Shown: positions 17,842 to 27,919, counted from the first letter of the stretch. The stretch: DNA of 64,000 bases from Dehalococcoidales bacterium (GCA_030654965.1 JAURWL010000086.1:102-64101); one strand, 5' to 3'. Made by a program: numbers and translations. Notes: a model not told the origin generated them from the sequence alone.

Positions 17842-18531
17842 TTGAAGGGATTATTAGTGAATAGTACGGAAGGTCCGACGCCTATAAATCCGCAACCTCC
17901 CTCACTCCCGGATTACAACATAGAAAGAGACCTTGGTCTGGCGGTCAAGATTTGTATGGGATGCCGTACTCCTAACCTGTCTAACTCGCAGTACTGCTAT
18001 AAATGCGGCTTGAAACTCCCGGACCAGGCTACTATTCCGGGGGAGATGTCGGGAGCAACGCCCGCAGGTTTCTGGCTTAGATTTACCTCGTTTATAATCG
18101 ATAACGTCTTTATTGTCATAAGCGCCTTCGTGATTTCCTCAATTGTTTTCGCCATTATCTTCACCATTTTCCCGGACTTAGCGGGCAGGTATACCATTAC
18201 TGAATTCACATGGAATGCGGTTCTAGCTTCTTCGGAAATACAGCCTACATGGGTGGACTGGTTTGCTTTATTGATATGGCCGGCAATTTACATCGCCTAT
18301 GGGACGGTTGCCATCGGCTGGAAGGGGCGGACAGTAGGCAAATTGATGTTGGGACTAAAGGTGGTCAAGGCTGATGGCGGTCGTGTGGGTTACCTGAGGG
18401 CATTTGGAAGGTGTTGGGCATATTTACTATGCTACATGACTTTCGGGTTCGGTTTCCTTGCCATTGCATGGAACAAACAGAAGCGTGGATTGCACGACCT
18501 CGTCTGTGACACGATGGTTATCAAGATATAG
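17842..18531 (+). CDS. RDD-family membrane protein with an N-terminal zinc ribbon
   Basis: CMGCRTPNLSNSQYCYKCG ribbon, then TM helices and a ...GWKGRTVGKLMLGLKVV...RGLHD RDD-like core. The start is uncertain (TTG 17842 or GTG 17857). Confidence 0.7.
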   Translation: MKGLLVNSTEGPTPINPQPPSLPDYNIERDLGLAVKICMGCRTPNLSNSQYCYKCGLKLPDQATIPGEMSGATPAGFWLRFTSFIIDNVFIVISAFVISSIVFAIIFTIFPDLAGRYTITEFTWNAVLASSEIQPTWVDWFALLIWPAIYIAYGTVAIGWKGRTVGKLMLGLKVVKADGGRVGYLRAFGRCWAYLLCYMTFGFGFLAIAWNKQKRGLHDLVCDTMVIKI

Positions 18532-18546
18532 CACGGGGTAATTCTT

Positions 18547-19455
18547 TTGAATTTCTTAGCAGTCATCGTCATTGCCTTTGCTCCCGGTATCTTCTGGATG
18601 TGGCTCATCTACCGGTGGGATAGACACCAGCCGGAGCCGCGTTGGCTGGTTATTCGTGCCTTCCTCTGTGGCATGGTTATCGTTCTCCCTATTGCTCTCA
18701 TTGAACTACTGCTAATGCTGGGGAACCTTGGTTTTGAAGGTCTTCTGCAGTTCGGGCAAACGCCTTTATCCTTAGGCAATATCGCCTATGAAGCTTTCAT
18801 CGTTGCCGGCATGACGGAGGAACTTGGCAAATTCCTTGTAGTCAGGTTGTTCATCTACAAATCGCCTTATTTTGATGACTCCACAGACGGCATTATTTAT
18901 GCCTCGGCGGCAGCTCTGGGTTTCGCTACCCTGGAAAATGTCGGGTACGCGCTTTCTTATAGTTGGCAAATCATCCTTGCTCGGGGTCCCATTTCTACCT
19001 TCGCCCATGTACTGTTTTCGGTAATCTGGGGTTATCCCCTTGCCCTGCGTAAAATCGGTCATCCAAGAGCGACTCTTTATGTCTGGCTAGGTTTAATTGG
19101 TGCCATGGTGGCGCACGGTTTCTTCGATTTCTTTCTATTCACCCAGAGCTGGTATGCCCTGATGGTAATCCCCCTGATGGCGGGCTTAATTGTTGCATTA
19201 AATGTAATGCTCAGGCACTCCCGACGCATCTCTCCTTTTCGGAACAAGGTGGCTGAGCTTTACACCGATTGCCCTCACTGTGCGGCGAAGACACCTGCCT
19301 ATGCAAACTACTGTCCTACCTGCGGCGGGCAAATAGCCAACGACAGACAGAAAACAGGGAACACCTGCGGAAATTGCGGCAGTCTGCTTGAGAGCAATGC
19401 CCGGTATTGCACTGCTTGCGGGAGTCGCATCATAGAGAAACCCTGGAAGAACTAA
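18547..19455 (+). CDS. PrsW-family intramembrane protease with a C-terminal double zinc ribbon
   Basis: FAPGIFWMWLIYRWD, GMTEELGKF (EExxK) and FAHVLFS/HGFFDF motifs. The C-terminus has CPHC...CPTCG...CGNCG...CTACG. Confidence 0.8.
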   Translation: MNFLAVIVIAFAPGIFWMWLIYRWDRHQPEPRWLVIRAFLCGMVIVLPIALIELLLMLGNLGFEGLLQFGQTPLSLGNIAYEAFIVAGMTEELGKFLVVRLFIYKSPYFDDSTDGIIYASAAALGFATLENVGYALSYSWQIILARGPISTFAHVLFSVIWGYPLALRKIGHPRATLYVWLGLIGAMVAHGFFDFFLFTQSWYALMVIPLMAGLIVALNVMLRHSRRISPFRNKVAELYTDCPHCAAKTPAYANYCPTCGGQIANDRQKTGNTCGNCGSLLESNARYCTACGSRIIEKPWKN

Positions 19456-19741
19456 CTTTTCACCCGACGAAATCTCACATAGTGAAATCCGTCGCCTATC
19501 CACAATCACTCGCTTTCTATGATTTCCTGAACCGGTTCATGACGAAATGAGACGCTACGGAACAGTAAGAAGCTAATAATAGGAAGCTATTTTGCGACTA
19601 TTGACACACAGTGGTAGACTATTGGAGGTTACTTTCTTTTTATAGATTTACGTAGTAGCGATACAGGAGGTGAATATCGTAGATAGAAAGGCATGGAGTA
19701 TGTTCAGGTAGAAATATTCAAAACTTATTAAAGGAGTGAGT

Positions 19742-20926
19742 ATGGATTTCTCTTATTCGGAAAAGGAAGAAGCCTTCCGGCAGGAAATCCGGGATTGGTT
19801 AGCCAAGCATACCAAGGAACTACCCAAGTGGTGGTTTGACCGCAAGCTGAAACGGCCGGATTCGGATTCCAGAGAGTATCATGATTTCGGTATCTGGTGG
19901 CACAAAAAATTGTATGATGCCGGTTTTGTCGGGCTTAACTGGCCCAAGGAATACGGCGGCCGCGGTGCCACATTGATCGAACAGGTGGTCTTCTCCGAGG
20001 AAATGGCACGGGCGCAGGTACCGGGCATAACCAATACCATAGGTATTGGCTGGTGCGGACCTACCATTATGGCTTTTGGTACTGAGGAGCAGAAAAAACG
20101 TTTTCTCCAGCCCATTCTCAAAGCTGATGAAATCTGGTGCCAAGGATTCTCCGAGCCGGAGGCTGGCTCTGACCTGGCGAATTGCCAGACAAAAGGCGTA
20201 CAGGATGGCGACTACTGGATTGTTAACGGACAGAAGGTCTGGACCAGCGGCGGACACTATTCCGATTGGTCAATTCTGCTCGTGCGTACCGAACCGGAGG
20301 CACCTAAACACCGTGGGCTGACTTTTTTCCTGCTTGATATGCATGCTCCGGGTGTAACCGTGCGTCCGTTGCGCCAGATGACCGGCGCCGCGGAATTTAA
20401 TGAAACCTTTATGGACAATGTCCGCATCCACAAGAGCATGATGGTCAGTGAGAGGGGACGCGGCTTCTACGTGGCAATGGGCACACTGGAGTTCGAACGG
20501 TCGGGTATCGGCGCTGCTATTGGCAGAGAAAACACTGTCCAGGACATGATTGAAATGGCTAAAGAAATGGGTAAAAGCAAAGACCCGCTCGTCCGGCAGA
20601 GAATGGCACAGCTCTATATTGAAGGCAATGTCGTCAAATACACAGGTTTGCGGGCATTAAGTCGTCAGTTACACGGAATGACACCGGGACCTGAAAGTGG
20701 GGTAATGAGCGCTTTCGGGATGGAATGGAACCAGCGCGCTTATGACTTCGCGATGCAGATTCAAGGACCTTACGCTCGTCTTATGAGGGATTCCAAATAC
20801 GCTATTGACGATGGCCGCTGGCAGCATTCCTTCCTGAGATCACGTGGTAATACCATTGAGACGGGCACCTCTGAAATCAAGAGAAACGTCATCGCCCAGA
20901 GGGGTCTGGGGTTGCCGAGGGAATAG
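19742..20926 (+). CDS. acyl-CoA dehydrogenase (long type, pair member A)
   Basis: GFSEPEAGSDL, WTSGG and the C-terminal ...GTSEIKRNVIA motif. The ATG lies 5 nt after AAGGAG. Confidence 0.9.
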   Translation: MDFSYSEKEEAFRQEIRDWLAKHTKELPKWWFDRKLKRPDSDSREYHDFGIWWHKKLYDAGFVGLNWPKEYGGRGATLIEQVVFSEEMARAQVPGITNTIGIGWCGPTIMAFGTEEQKKRFLQPILKADEIWCQGFSEPEAGSDLANCQTKGVQDGDYWIVNGQKVWTSGGHYSDWSILLVRTEPEAPKHRGLTFFLLDMHAPGVTVRPLRQMTGAAEFNETFMDNVRIHKSMMVSERGRGFYVAMGTLEFERSGIGAAIGRENTVQDMIEMAKEMGKSKDPLVRQRMAQLYIEGNVVKYTGLRALSRQLHGMTPGPESGVMSAFGMEWNQRAYDFAMQIQGPYARLMRDSKYAIDDGRWQHSFLRSRGNTIETGTSEIKRNVIAQRGLGLPRE

Positions 20927-20940
20927 AAGGAGAAAATGAG

Positions 20941-22077
20941 ATGAACTTTGAACTTGGCGAAGAACAGGTAATGCTCAAAACCTCAGCCCGTGAATTCCTG
21001 GATAAGGAATGCCAGAAAAAGCATGTGCGGGCGATGATGGACGATGAAAAGGGGTATTCCCCCGAACTGTGGAAGAAGATGGCAGGGCTAGGTTGGCAGG
21101 GGCTTGCTTTCCCCGAACAGTACGGTGGGGTGGGCAGTAGTTTCCTCGACCTCGTGGTACTGCTTGAGGAAATGGGACGCGCGCTGGTGCCGGGCCCATT
21201 CCTGGCGACCATTGTTCATACCGGTCGCGCTATTCTGCTTGCAGGCAGTGAACAGCAGAAGAAAGAATACCTCACCAGAATTGCGAATGGCGACCTTGTA
21301 ATGACCCTGGCTCTCACCGAAGAGACGGGGGGAATTGAGGCGGCTGACATAAATATGAAAGCAAAAGCCGCAGACAACCACTTCATCATCAGCGGTAAAA
21401 AACTCTTTGTTCCTGATGCTCATATCGCTGATAGTTATGTTGTCGTTGCCCGGACCAAGGGCGGCGTCCGCAAAGAGAATGGCATCACCCTGTTCCTTGT
21501 GGACGCGAAAACGAAGGGAATCAAGGTGGAAATGCTGAAGACGATGACCGGCGAAAAGTTGTGCACAGTTGTCTTCGATAATGTATCAGTGCCCTCAGCC
21601 AATGTTCTCGGCACGGTGGACAAAGGCTGGCCTGTGGTGAAGCAGGTGCTTGAAGAAGCTATCATTGCCGAATGCGCCTGGATGACCGGCGGCGCCCGCT
21701 GGGTGCTTGAAACCACAATCGACTATGCCAAATCGAGAATCCAGTTCGGGCATCCCATCGGCAGTTTCCAGGCAATCCAGCACAAGCTGGCAAATGTGGC
21801 AGTAGAGGTTGAGGGGTGTACTTCACTCACCTATTATGCCGCCTGGACAGTGACCGAAAACGACCCCAACCGCACCGTGGCGGCTTCAATGGCTAAAGCA
21901 TGGGTCAGCGACAGCTATAAACACGCTACTTTTGAGGGTGTTCAGATTCACGGCGGCATCGGCTTCACATGGGACCATGATATGCATCTCTACTTCAAAC
22001 GGGCAAAGCATGGTGAGATTGCCTTCGGGGATGGTGACTATCATCGTGAGAAAGTCGCCCAATTGCTGAAGATGTAA
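20941..22077 (+). CDS. acyl-CoA dehydrogenase (pair member B)
   Basis: ACAD N/M/C domain pattern, ...IHGGIGFTWDHDMHLYFKRAK... Confidence 0.9.
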   Translation: MNFELGEEQVMLKTSAREFLDKECQKKHVRAMMDDEKGYSPELWKKMAGLGWQGLAFPEQYGGVGSSFLDLVVLLEEMGRALVPGPFLATIVHTGRAILLAGSEQQKKEYLTRIANGDLVMTLALTEETGGIEAADINMKAKAADNHFIISGKKLFVPDAHIADSYVVVARTKGGVRKENGITLFLVDAKTKGIKVEMLKTMTGEKLCTVVFDNVSVPSANVLGTVDKGWPVVKQVLEEAIIAECAWMTGGARWVLETTIDYAKSRIQFGHPIGSFQAIQHKLANVAVEVEGCTSLTYYAAWTVTENDPNRTVAASMAKAWVSDSYKHATFEGVQIHGGIGFTWDHDMHLYFKRAKHGEIAFGDGDYHREKVAQLLKM

Positions 22078-22103
22078 CTGAAACGGAAATCACCCTACTA
22101 AAG

Positions 22104-22139
22104 AGGGACGGGGTATTTTACTCCGTCCCTTGTTTTTTA
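22104..22139. terminator. rho-independent terminator between convergent genes
   Basis: GGGACGGGG-tatttta-CTCCGTCCC followed by TTGTTTTTT. Confidence 0.75.
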
Positions 22140-22167
22140 TATAAGGAGACAAGCGAAATCTACCATG

Positions 22168-23196
22168 CTATCTGTCATACCAGTTTTCCAGTACTTTCAG
22201 GGCATTGAGCGTGACCCACTTGCTAGGTTGTCCCTTACGTTCGATTCTCACCAGGGTACGACCATTAAATGTTGTCTCCGATAACCAGCGTCCCTGCTCA
22301 TCCTGTTTGGAAATGACCAGTTCCACAGCATCCTGCATGCGAGTATCATGATAGCCCAGTCGGGTGAGAATGCCCAGCATTTCCAGTGCATCGGTATTCC
22401 ACATCAACGGGAAGCCAAAGTGAATCCAGTCTTCTTTTGCTACCAGCGCCGGGTTATGGCTCTGTTTAAAGAGATGATGTTTCAGCAGGTATTCAGCGCC
22501 ACGCTCGATTGTTTTCGAGACTGCTTTACTCCGCTTGTCCGGCGGAATTTCAGCCAGGGCTTTCAAAGTTTTCACTATGCCCATCATACAGGTGTGCTTT
22601 CCCCAGCATTGTTTATAACGGTCATATAGCCAGCCTTTCGGAGCAGACCCTTCCCCGTCATCGAATCGCTGGTACTTCACTATCCAGTCAATGCTTTTTT
22701 GTACCCGCGGGTCTTCCAGAAAACCAAACCGGATGAGGCTGAAAACCATGTTCCCGGTTAGGCAGGGAAGCACTTTTGCATGGTCGCCGCCACTCTCTTT
22801 ACCCGAAAAATAGGCAAACCCATCGTTTTGCCGGTCCTGCGAGTGATTGAGGATAAATTCCCCGGCTTTGAGAATGCGCTCATCACTGCCATCAGCTCCA
22901 AGTTCTGCAAGGGTGATGATATTCCAAACCGTGCCTTTGTATTTCGCGCGGACATAGAAGTCCTGCGGTATTCCCCAGTAACCCTCTACCTCTTGCCTTC
23001 CGAGGATTGCGGGCACAGCGTCGTTCGTCATGATGGACTGCCTGGCTGTAATCACCTCAGCACTATCCGGGGACTTGCCCAGCAGGTCAACAAGGGTAAA
23101 ATAACGGACGGAGGGATTATCTTCCGCCAGTAACCAATCGGTGGGGTCGGCTTTCAGTACGGATTTCCAGTTGTTCTGCTTATCATACTTAGACAT
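22168..23196 (-). CDS. alpha/alpha-toroid (prenyltransferase/squalene-cyclase-like repeat) protein
   Basis: Repeated aromatic/Gly segments (GYWG, DGFAYFSG, ...GRWLSE). The likely start is MSKYDK at 23196 rather than the ORF-track start at 23259. Confidence 0.5.
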   Translation of the reverse strand: MSKYDKQNNWKSVLKADPTDWLLAEDNPSVRYFTLVDLLGKSPDSAEVITARQSIMTNDAVPAILGRQEVEGYWGIPQDFYVRAKYKGTVWNIITLAELGADGSDERILKAGEFILNHSQDRQNDGFAYFSGKESGGDHAKVLPCLTGNMVFSLIRFGFLEDPRVQKSIDWIVKYQRFDDGEGSAPKGWLYDRYKQCWGKHTCMMGIVKTLKALAEIPPDKRSKAVSKTIERGAEYLLKHHLFKQSHNPALVAKEDWIHFGFPLMWNTDALEMLGILTRLGYHDTRMQDAVELVISKQDEQGRWLSETTFNGRTLVRIERKGQPSKWVTLNALKVLENWYDR

Positions 23197-23322
23197 CGGG
23201 GTATCCGACCTATTATACTGCAACGAGCATATGGTCGTAGCACTGCTTGACAAGCCCACGAACGCTCTATATGCTTGATTTTATACAGTTAATTGTTTAC
23301 CCCTATATAGCGAGTCCGGCTT

Positions 23323-24390
23323 GTGCCAAAAAAGAAACTGAAGTCTCATTTTCATATTCTGGACATCTTCCTTCTATTCATACCCGTATCCCTCACTCTC
23401 TACTACCTGAAAATCGACTCCACCTTTACTTTTATCGCGACCGCCGGCGCTATTGCCGGCATCACGCACCTCATCGCCGAATCCACCGCCATCATTGCCG
23501 GGCGCGTCTCAACCACTATCTCGGCGCTTATTAATGCCACCTTCGGTAATGCGGTTGAGTTCCTTATTGCTATTTTCGCCCTGCAGAACGGACTGGTGGA
23601 AATGGTCAAAGCATCCATTACCGGCTCTATTATCATCAATGTCCTGTTGCTTATCGGGTTGTCCATGCTCGCCGGTGGCTTGAAGTACAAGGAGCAGAAA
23701 TTTAATAAAGACTCGGCTGGTTTATCCTCGACCATGCTTATTATCGCCGTGTTTGGGCTGGCAATGCCCTCACTCTATAGCTTAGTAGTCGGCAAACCGG
23801 AAAAAGAGATGAGTTTTGCGGTCTCTATCATTCTGGGTGTCATCTACCTACTCAGCCTCGTCTACACCTTCGGTACACACCGCCATCTTTTCACGGTAGA
23901 ACGGCAAGCCCCTGATGAGAAAACAGGACGCTGGACGTTGCGTACGGCGGTCGTTGTACTGGTAGTCTCCACGATTATGGCTGGCATGGAATCAAATGTC
24001 CTCGTTGAAAATATCGCGCCCCTGGTCAGTAAAACAGGGTTGACAGAGACCTTTATGGGCTTGGTGTTTGTGGCTATGCTTACTAATATTCCGGAACACG
24101 TCAGCGCCATGACCTTTGCCCGCCGGAATAATATGACCCTTTCGCTGGAAATCGGTATGAGTTCGGCTCTGCAAATCGCCCTCTTCGTCGTGCCGATTCT
24201 GGTGCTGGTGAGTTCAACAATGGTAGGTGGCACACTCGACCTTGTCTTCAGTCCCTTCGAACTGGCAGCGGTGCTTATCACGGCGATGATTGCCAACTAT
24301 ATCGGGTCGGACGGCATCTGTCACTGGGTGGAAGGCGCGCAGTTGATTGCCGTCTACATGCTGATAGCCGTGGCATTTTATTTCCTGTAA
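23323..24390 (+). CDS. Ca2+/H+ antiporter (CAX/ChaA family)
   Basis: Two alpha-repeat signatures GNAVEF and TNIPEH; about 11 TM helices. Confidence 0.85.
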   Translation: MPKKKLKSHFHILDIFLLFIPVSLTLYYLKIDSTFTFIATAGAIAGITHLIAESTAIIAGRVSTTISALINATFGNAVEFLIAIFALQNGLVEMVKASITGSIIINVLLLIGLSMLAGGLKYKEQKFNKDSAGLSSTMLIIAVFGLAMPSLYSLVVGKPEKEMSFAVSIILGVIYLLSLVYTFGTHRHLFTVERQAPDEKTGRWTLRTAVVVLVVSTIMAGMESNVLVENIAPLVSKTGLTETFMGLVFVAMLTNIPEHVSAMTFARRNNMTLSLEIGMSSALQIALFVVPILVLVSSTMVGGTLDLVFSPFELAAVLITAMIANYIGSDGICHWVEGAQLIAVYMLIAVAFYFL

Positions 24391-24469
24391 ACTTGTTGTA
24401 TTTATCGCCCGCTATCTAATAAAATAGTGAAGATAGGTCGCATCGCCGTTATAAACAGGAGAAAACAGG

Positions 24470-25036
24470 ATGGAAGTGGAAGATTGCCGTAAGGGCACGA
24501 AGGTGTTGCTGGATAACACGCCTTATAATATTGAAGACGCCGAGTTCATGAAGCCCGGCAAGGGGCGCGCTATATACCGCTTCCGCTTCCGTAATCTCAT
24601 GGACGGCAGTAGCCTGGAACGCACCTATCATTCTGGTGAAAAACTCCAGGAAGCTAATATCACTACCCGCGAAGGACAATTCCTCTACCGTGAAGCCGGC
24701 CACTTCGTCTTTATGCACACTGACACCTTTGAGCAATACTTGATTAATGAAACGCAATTAGGCAACAAGCAGTTCTACCTCAAAGAAGGTATGATTGTCA
24801 CCACTCTTTTCTTAAGCGATAGACCCCTGGATATCACCCTGCCGATATTCATTGAAGGCACAGTGACTAAGAGCGATATTGCCACCAGAACAGACACCGT
24901 CACGGCGCAGATGAAACGTGCTACGCTGGAGACGGGATTAGAAATCGATGTGCCGGTTTTTATCAAGGAAGGCGATACCCTGAAAATAGATACCCGCACC
25001 GGCAGTTACGTGGAACGCGTTGTTACCAAGAAATAA
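24470..25036 (+). CDS. efp: elongation factor P
   Basis: 188 aa; the KPGKGRA loop carries the modifiable Lys. Confidence 0.95.
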   Translation: MEVEDCRKGTKVLLDNTPYNIEDAEFMKPGKGRAIYRFRFRNLMDGSSLERTYHSGEKLQEANITTREGQFLYREAGHFVFMHTDTFEQYLINETQLGNKQFYLKEGMIVTTLFLSDRPLDITLPIFIEGTVTKSDIATRTDTVTAQMKRATLETGLEIDVPVFIKEGDTLKIDTRTGSYVERVVTKK

Positions 25037-25039
25037 GCA

Positions 25040-25969
25040 ATGACGGATGACGAACGCCAGCGGTTGACGCAGCTTCTGCCCAATCTGAAACGCAGGGCTT
25101 CCATCCATCACATCACGCGCCGTTTTTTTGACGAGCAGGACTTTCTGGAAGTCGATACCCCTATCCGCAGTCCGGCAGTTGCGCCGGAAAAAGAAATCCT
25201 ACCGTTCGAAAGTGACGGTTGGTTTTTAGCCACGTCGCCGGAGCTTTATATGAAGCGCTTGCTCGCCGCCGGCTATACCCGAATCTACCAACTCAGCCAC
25301 TGCTTCCGCAAAGGTGAACGCGGCGGACGGCACAATCCCGAATTTACTCTGCTGGAGTGGTACCGCACCGGGGCAAACTACGAGACAATGATGGCAGACA
25401 CCGAGGAGTTGGTATTAGCCATAGCCCGTGAGCTAGGGATTGGTAGTTCACTGCGGTATCAGGGGAAAACTATCGACTTGACTGCTCCCTGGCAACGTAT
25501 TCCCATACGCGACCTTTACAAGCAACTGGCAGGCTGGGACCCGGTGACAAATCCCGACTTATCCCGTTTTGATGAGGATATGGTCACCAAGGTCATTCCT
25601 CACCTTAATCCCCATCGCCCTACCATCATGCTGAATTATCCCGCCCCGATGGCATCACTCGCAAAGTTAAAGCGTGATGAGCCGTCAGTCGCGGAACGCG
25701 CCGAAGTATTTATCGGCGGGCTGGAACTGGCAAATGCTTATAGTGAATTGACAGATTCGAAGGAGCAGATTGAGCGATTTCGCCAGGAGATAGAGCATAT
25801 CAGGCGGGAGCAGGGGCGTACTGTGCCTCTTCCGCAAAAATTCCTGGAATCGCTGGAGCATTTGCCAGAATGTGGGGGTATTGCGCTCGGAATGGACAGG
25901 TTGGTGATGCTTTTCTGTGATGCGGCAAGTATTGACGAAGTCATGCCCTTTACTGTGGACACAGCGTGA
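25040..25969 (+). CDS. epmA: EF-P lysine-lysyltransferase (EpmA/GenX/PoxA, truncated LysRS-like)
   Basis: Class II aaRS core without an anticodon domain; FRKGERGGRHNPEFTLLEWY (motif 2) and GIALGMDRL (motif 3). It starts 3 nt after efp. Confidence 0.88.
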   Translation: MTDDERQRLTQLLPNLKRRASIHHITRRFFDEQDFLEVDTPIRSPAVAPEKEILPFESDGWFLATSPELYMKRLLAAGYTRIYQLSHCFRKGERGGRHNPEFTLLEWYRTGANYETMMADTEELVLAIARELGIGSSLRYQGKTIDLTAPWQRIPIRDLYKQLAGWDPVTNPDLSRFDEDMVTKVIPHLNPHRPTIMLNYPAPMASLAKLKRDEPSVAERAEVFIGGLELANAYSELTDSKEQIERFRQEIEHIRREQGRTVPLPQKFLESLEHLPECGGIALGMDRLVMLFCDAASIDEVMPFTVDTA

Positions 25970-26028
25970 TTCTACCTTAACTGCCACCATAAAAAGGGTG
26001 GGGAGAATGGGGGATTAGGATTTAGGTT

Positions 26029-26694
26029 TTAGATATTAGAATTTTCTCGCAGGTGATTTTCTTCTTCCCAGGCGCCTTTGCCAATCAGTGAAACAAACCG
26101 GCACGCCCCCAGATGCTCCACCTTATTCCCTGTCTTCAGACGCGTAAGCTTCACCAACTCCTGGTTGTACCGCGACCCCACCGGAATCACCATCCGTCCA
26201 CCAATGGCAAGTTGGTCGACCAATTCCGTCGGAACATTCGGTGCGCCCGCCGTGGCAATAATGGCATTATAGGGGGCATTGGACTTCCAGCCGAGTGTCT
26301 TCTCAGCTACATGGACTTCAATATTCCCATAGCCGAGGATATCCAGCGTTTTTCTGGCTTTCTCGGCTAGTGATGGAATGCGTTCCGTGCTCACCACATG
26401 TTGCGCGAGTTGAGCAAGGATTGCTGTCTGGTACCCACTTCCTGTACCCAGTTCCAACACTTTTTCAGTGCCGGTCAAATCAAGGTTTTGGGTCATCAGC
26501 GCCACAATAAAAGGCTGGGAGATAGTCTGGTCGTTGCCAATAGGGAGAGGTCTATCCTCATAGGCATAAGCCTGAAGTTCTTGGGGGACAAACACATGGC
26601 GGGGTACCTGCGCCATGACCGCGAGCACCCGCTTATCAGTAATCTCACGGGCAAGGGAGTCGACAAGCTTGGCTCTGGCGATTTCAAAATCCAT
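26029..26694 (-). CDS. pcm: protein-L-isoaspartate O-methyltransferase
   Basis: VLELGTGSGYQTA SAM motif; ...DQTISQPFIVA... Confidence 0.92.
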   Translation of the reverse strand: MDFEIARAKLVDSLAREITDKRVLAVMAQVPRHVFVPQELQAYAYEDRPLPIGNDQTISQPFIVALMTQNLDLTGTEKVLELGTGSGYQTAILAQLAQHVVSTERIPSLAEKARKTLDILGYGNIEVHVAEKTLGWKSNAPYNAIIATAGAPNVPTELVDQLAIGGRMVIPVGSRYNQELVKLTRLKTGNKVEHLGACRFVSLIGKGAWEEENHLRENSNI

Positions 26695-26707
26695 GAGAAT
26701 GAGCCTA

Positions 26708-26974
26708 TTAGCGGAAGATAAAGTAAAGCGCGACGATTGCTGCCAGAAGAATGACAGTGATAACGCCGATAACCTTCAGTTCGGTGCCTATATTGCTGGG
26801 TTGAGGAATCGCTTGCGTTTTCCCTGCCATGCGGTTTGTTTTTATGGTTGGGGAAGCCGTCGTTGGAACCGGTTCAGACACTCGCTCGACCGGTTGTGCA
26901 GTAGTGGCAAGGGACTGTTGTACCGGTCTGGGTCTGGGAGTATATCTCATCTTACGTTTCTTTGATTTTGGCAT
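26708..26974 (-). CDS. hypothetical tail-anchored membrane protein (88 aa)
   Basis: Basic N-terminus (KSKKRKMRYTPRPRP), Pro/Thr-rich linker, single C-terminal TM helix. Confidence 0.45.
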   Translation of the reverse strand: MPKSKKRKMRYTPRPRPVQQSLATTAQPVERVSEPVPTTASPTIKTNRMAGKTQAIPQPSNIGTELKVIGVITVILLAAIVALYFIFR

Positions 26975-26995
26975 GTGGGGTTTTCCTCTCGTGAA

Positions 26996-27919
26996 CTATT
27001 TTGCCCGGGGATGTGCTTTCTGATAAGTACGGCGAACGTGCTCGCTGGTAAGATGGGTATAAATCTGGGTGGTGGAGATATTGGCATGGCCTAGCAGTTC
27101 CTGCACGGCTCTCAAGTCAGCGCCACCGCTGAGCATGTGAGTGGCAAAGCTGTGCCGCAGGGTATGGGGAGTTACCGACACAGTGATACCTGCCGCTTTG
27201 GCGTATTGTTTTAATATTTGCCAGAAGCCCTGCCGTGTTAGCCGTTCCCCGCGCCGGTTAAGAAAGAGTACCCCCTCGTCTTTTCTACGCAATAGACGAG
27301 GTCGTGCTTCCTTGACGTATTCTGCTACGACGTTTGACGCTATCTGGTGAATCGGGATGATGCGTTCTTTGTGTCCCTTGCCAAAACACCGGACATCGCC
27401 ATCCACAGTATTGACATCCTCCACATTTAGAGACATCAGCTCGCTGACTCTCATCCCGCTTGCATATAGCAATTGTAGCATTGCCTGGTCACGTTTCGCC
27501 TCCGGGGTATTGCGCTTGGTGGGTTGCGCCAGAAGGGTGCGCACCTGGGTAATAGAAATAGGTTTGGGTAGCGTTCTGCCAATACTGAGCGATTCCAGAT
27601 TCCGGGTTGGGTCCTCACGGATGATGCCTTCTGAAGTCAGGAATTTAAAAAAGGAACGGGCGGCTGCCAGCTTGCGTGCTCGTGTTGTTGTCGCGTACCG
27701 TTTCTCCTGCATGCTGAGGAGAAAACGCATTATAGCCTGTCGGTCCACGTTCGCCCATGCCGGCACCATACCTTTCTCTTTAGTTTCCGCTTCAAAGAAA
27801 GTCGCCATCTGGGATAGGTCGTTCTGGTAGGCAAAGTAGGTATTCTCAGAAAGACCCTTCTCGGCTTTTACGTATGCTAGAAATTTCTCAATATCCGCTC
27901 TCACCACGGTCCTCCACAC
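26996..27919 (-). CDS. tyrosine recombinase XerC/XerD
   Basis: 307 aa; ...HTLRHSFATHML..GADLRAVQELLGHANISTTQIYTHL. Confidence 0.9.
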   Translation of the reverse strand: MWRTVVRADIEKFLAYVKAEKGLSENTYFAYQNDLSQMATFFEAETKEKGMVPAWANVDRQAIMRFLLSMQEKRYATTTRARKLAAARSFFKFLTSEGIIREDPTRNLESLSIGRTLPKPISITQVRTLLAQPTKRNTPEAKRDQAMLQLLYASGMRVSELMSLNVEDVNTVDGDVRCFGKGHKERIIPIHQIASNVVAEYVKEARPRLLRRKDEGVLFLNRRGERLTRQGFWQILKQYAKAAGITVSVTPHTLRHSFATHMLSGGADLRAVQELLGHANISTTQIYTHLTSEHVRRTYQKAHPRAK

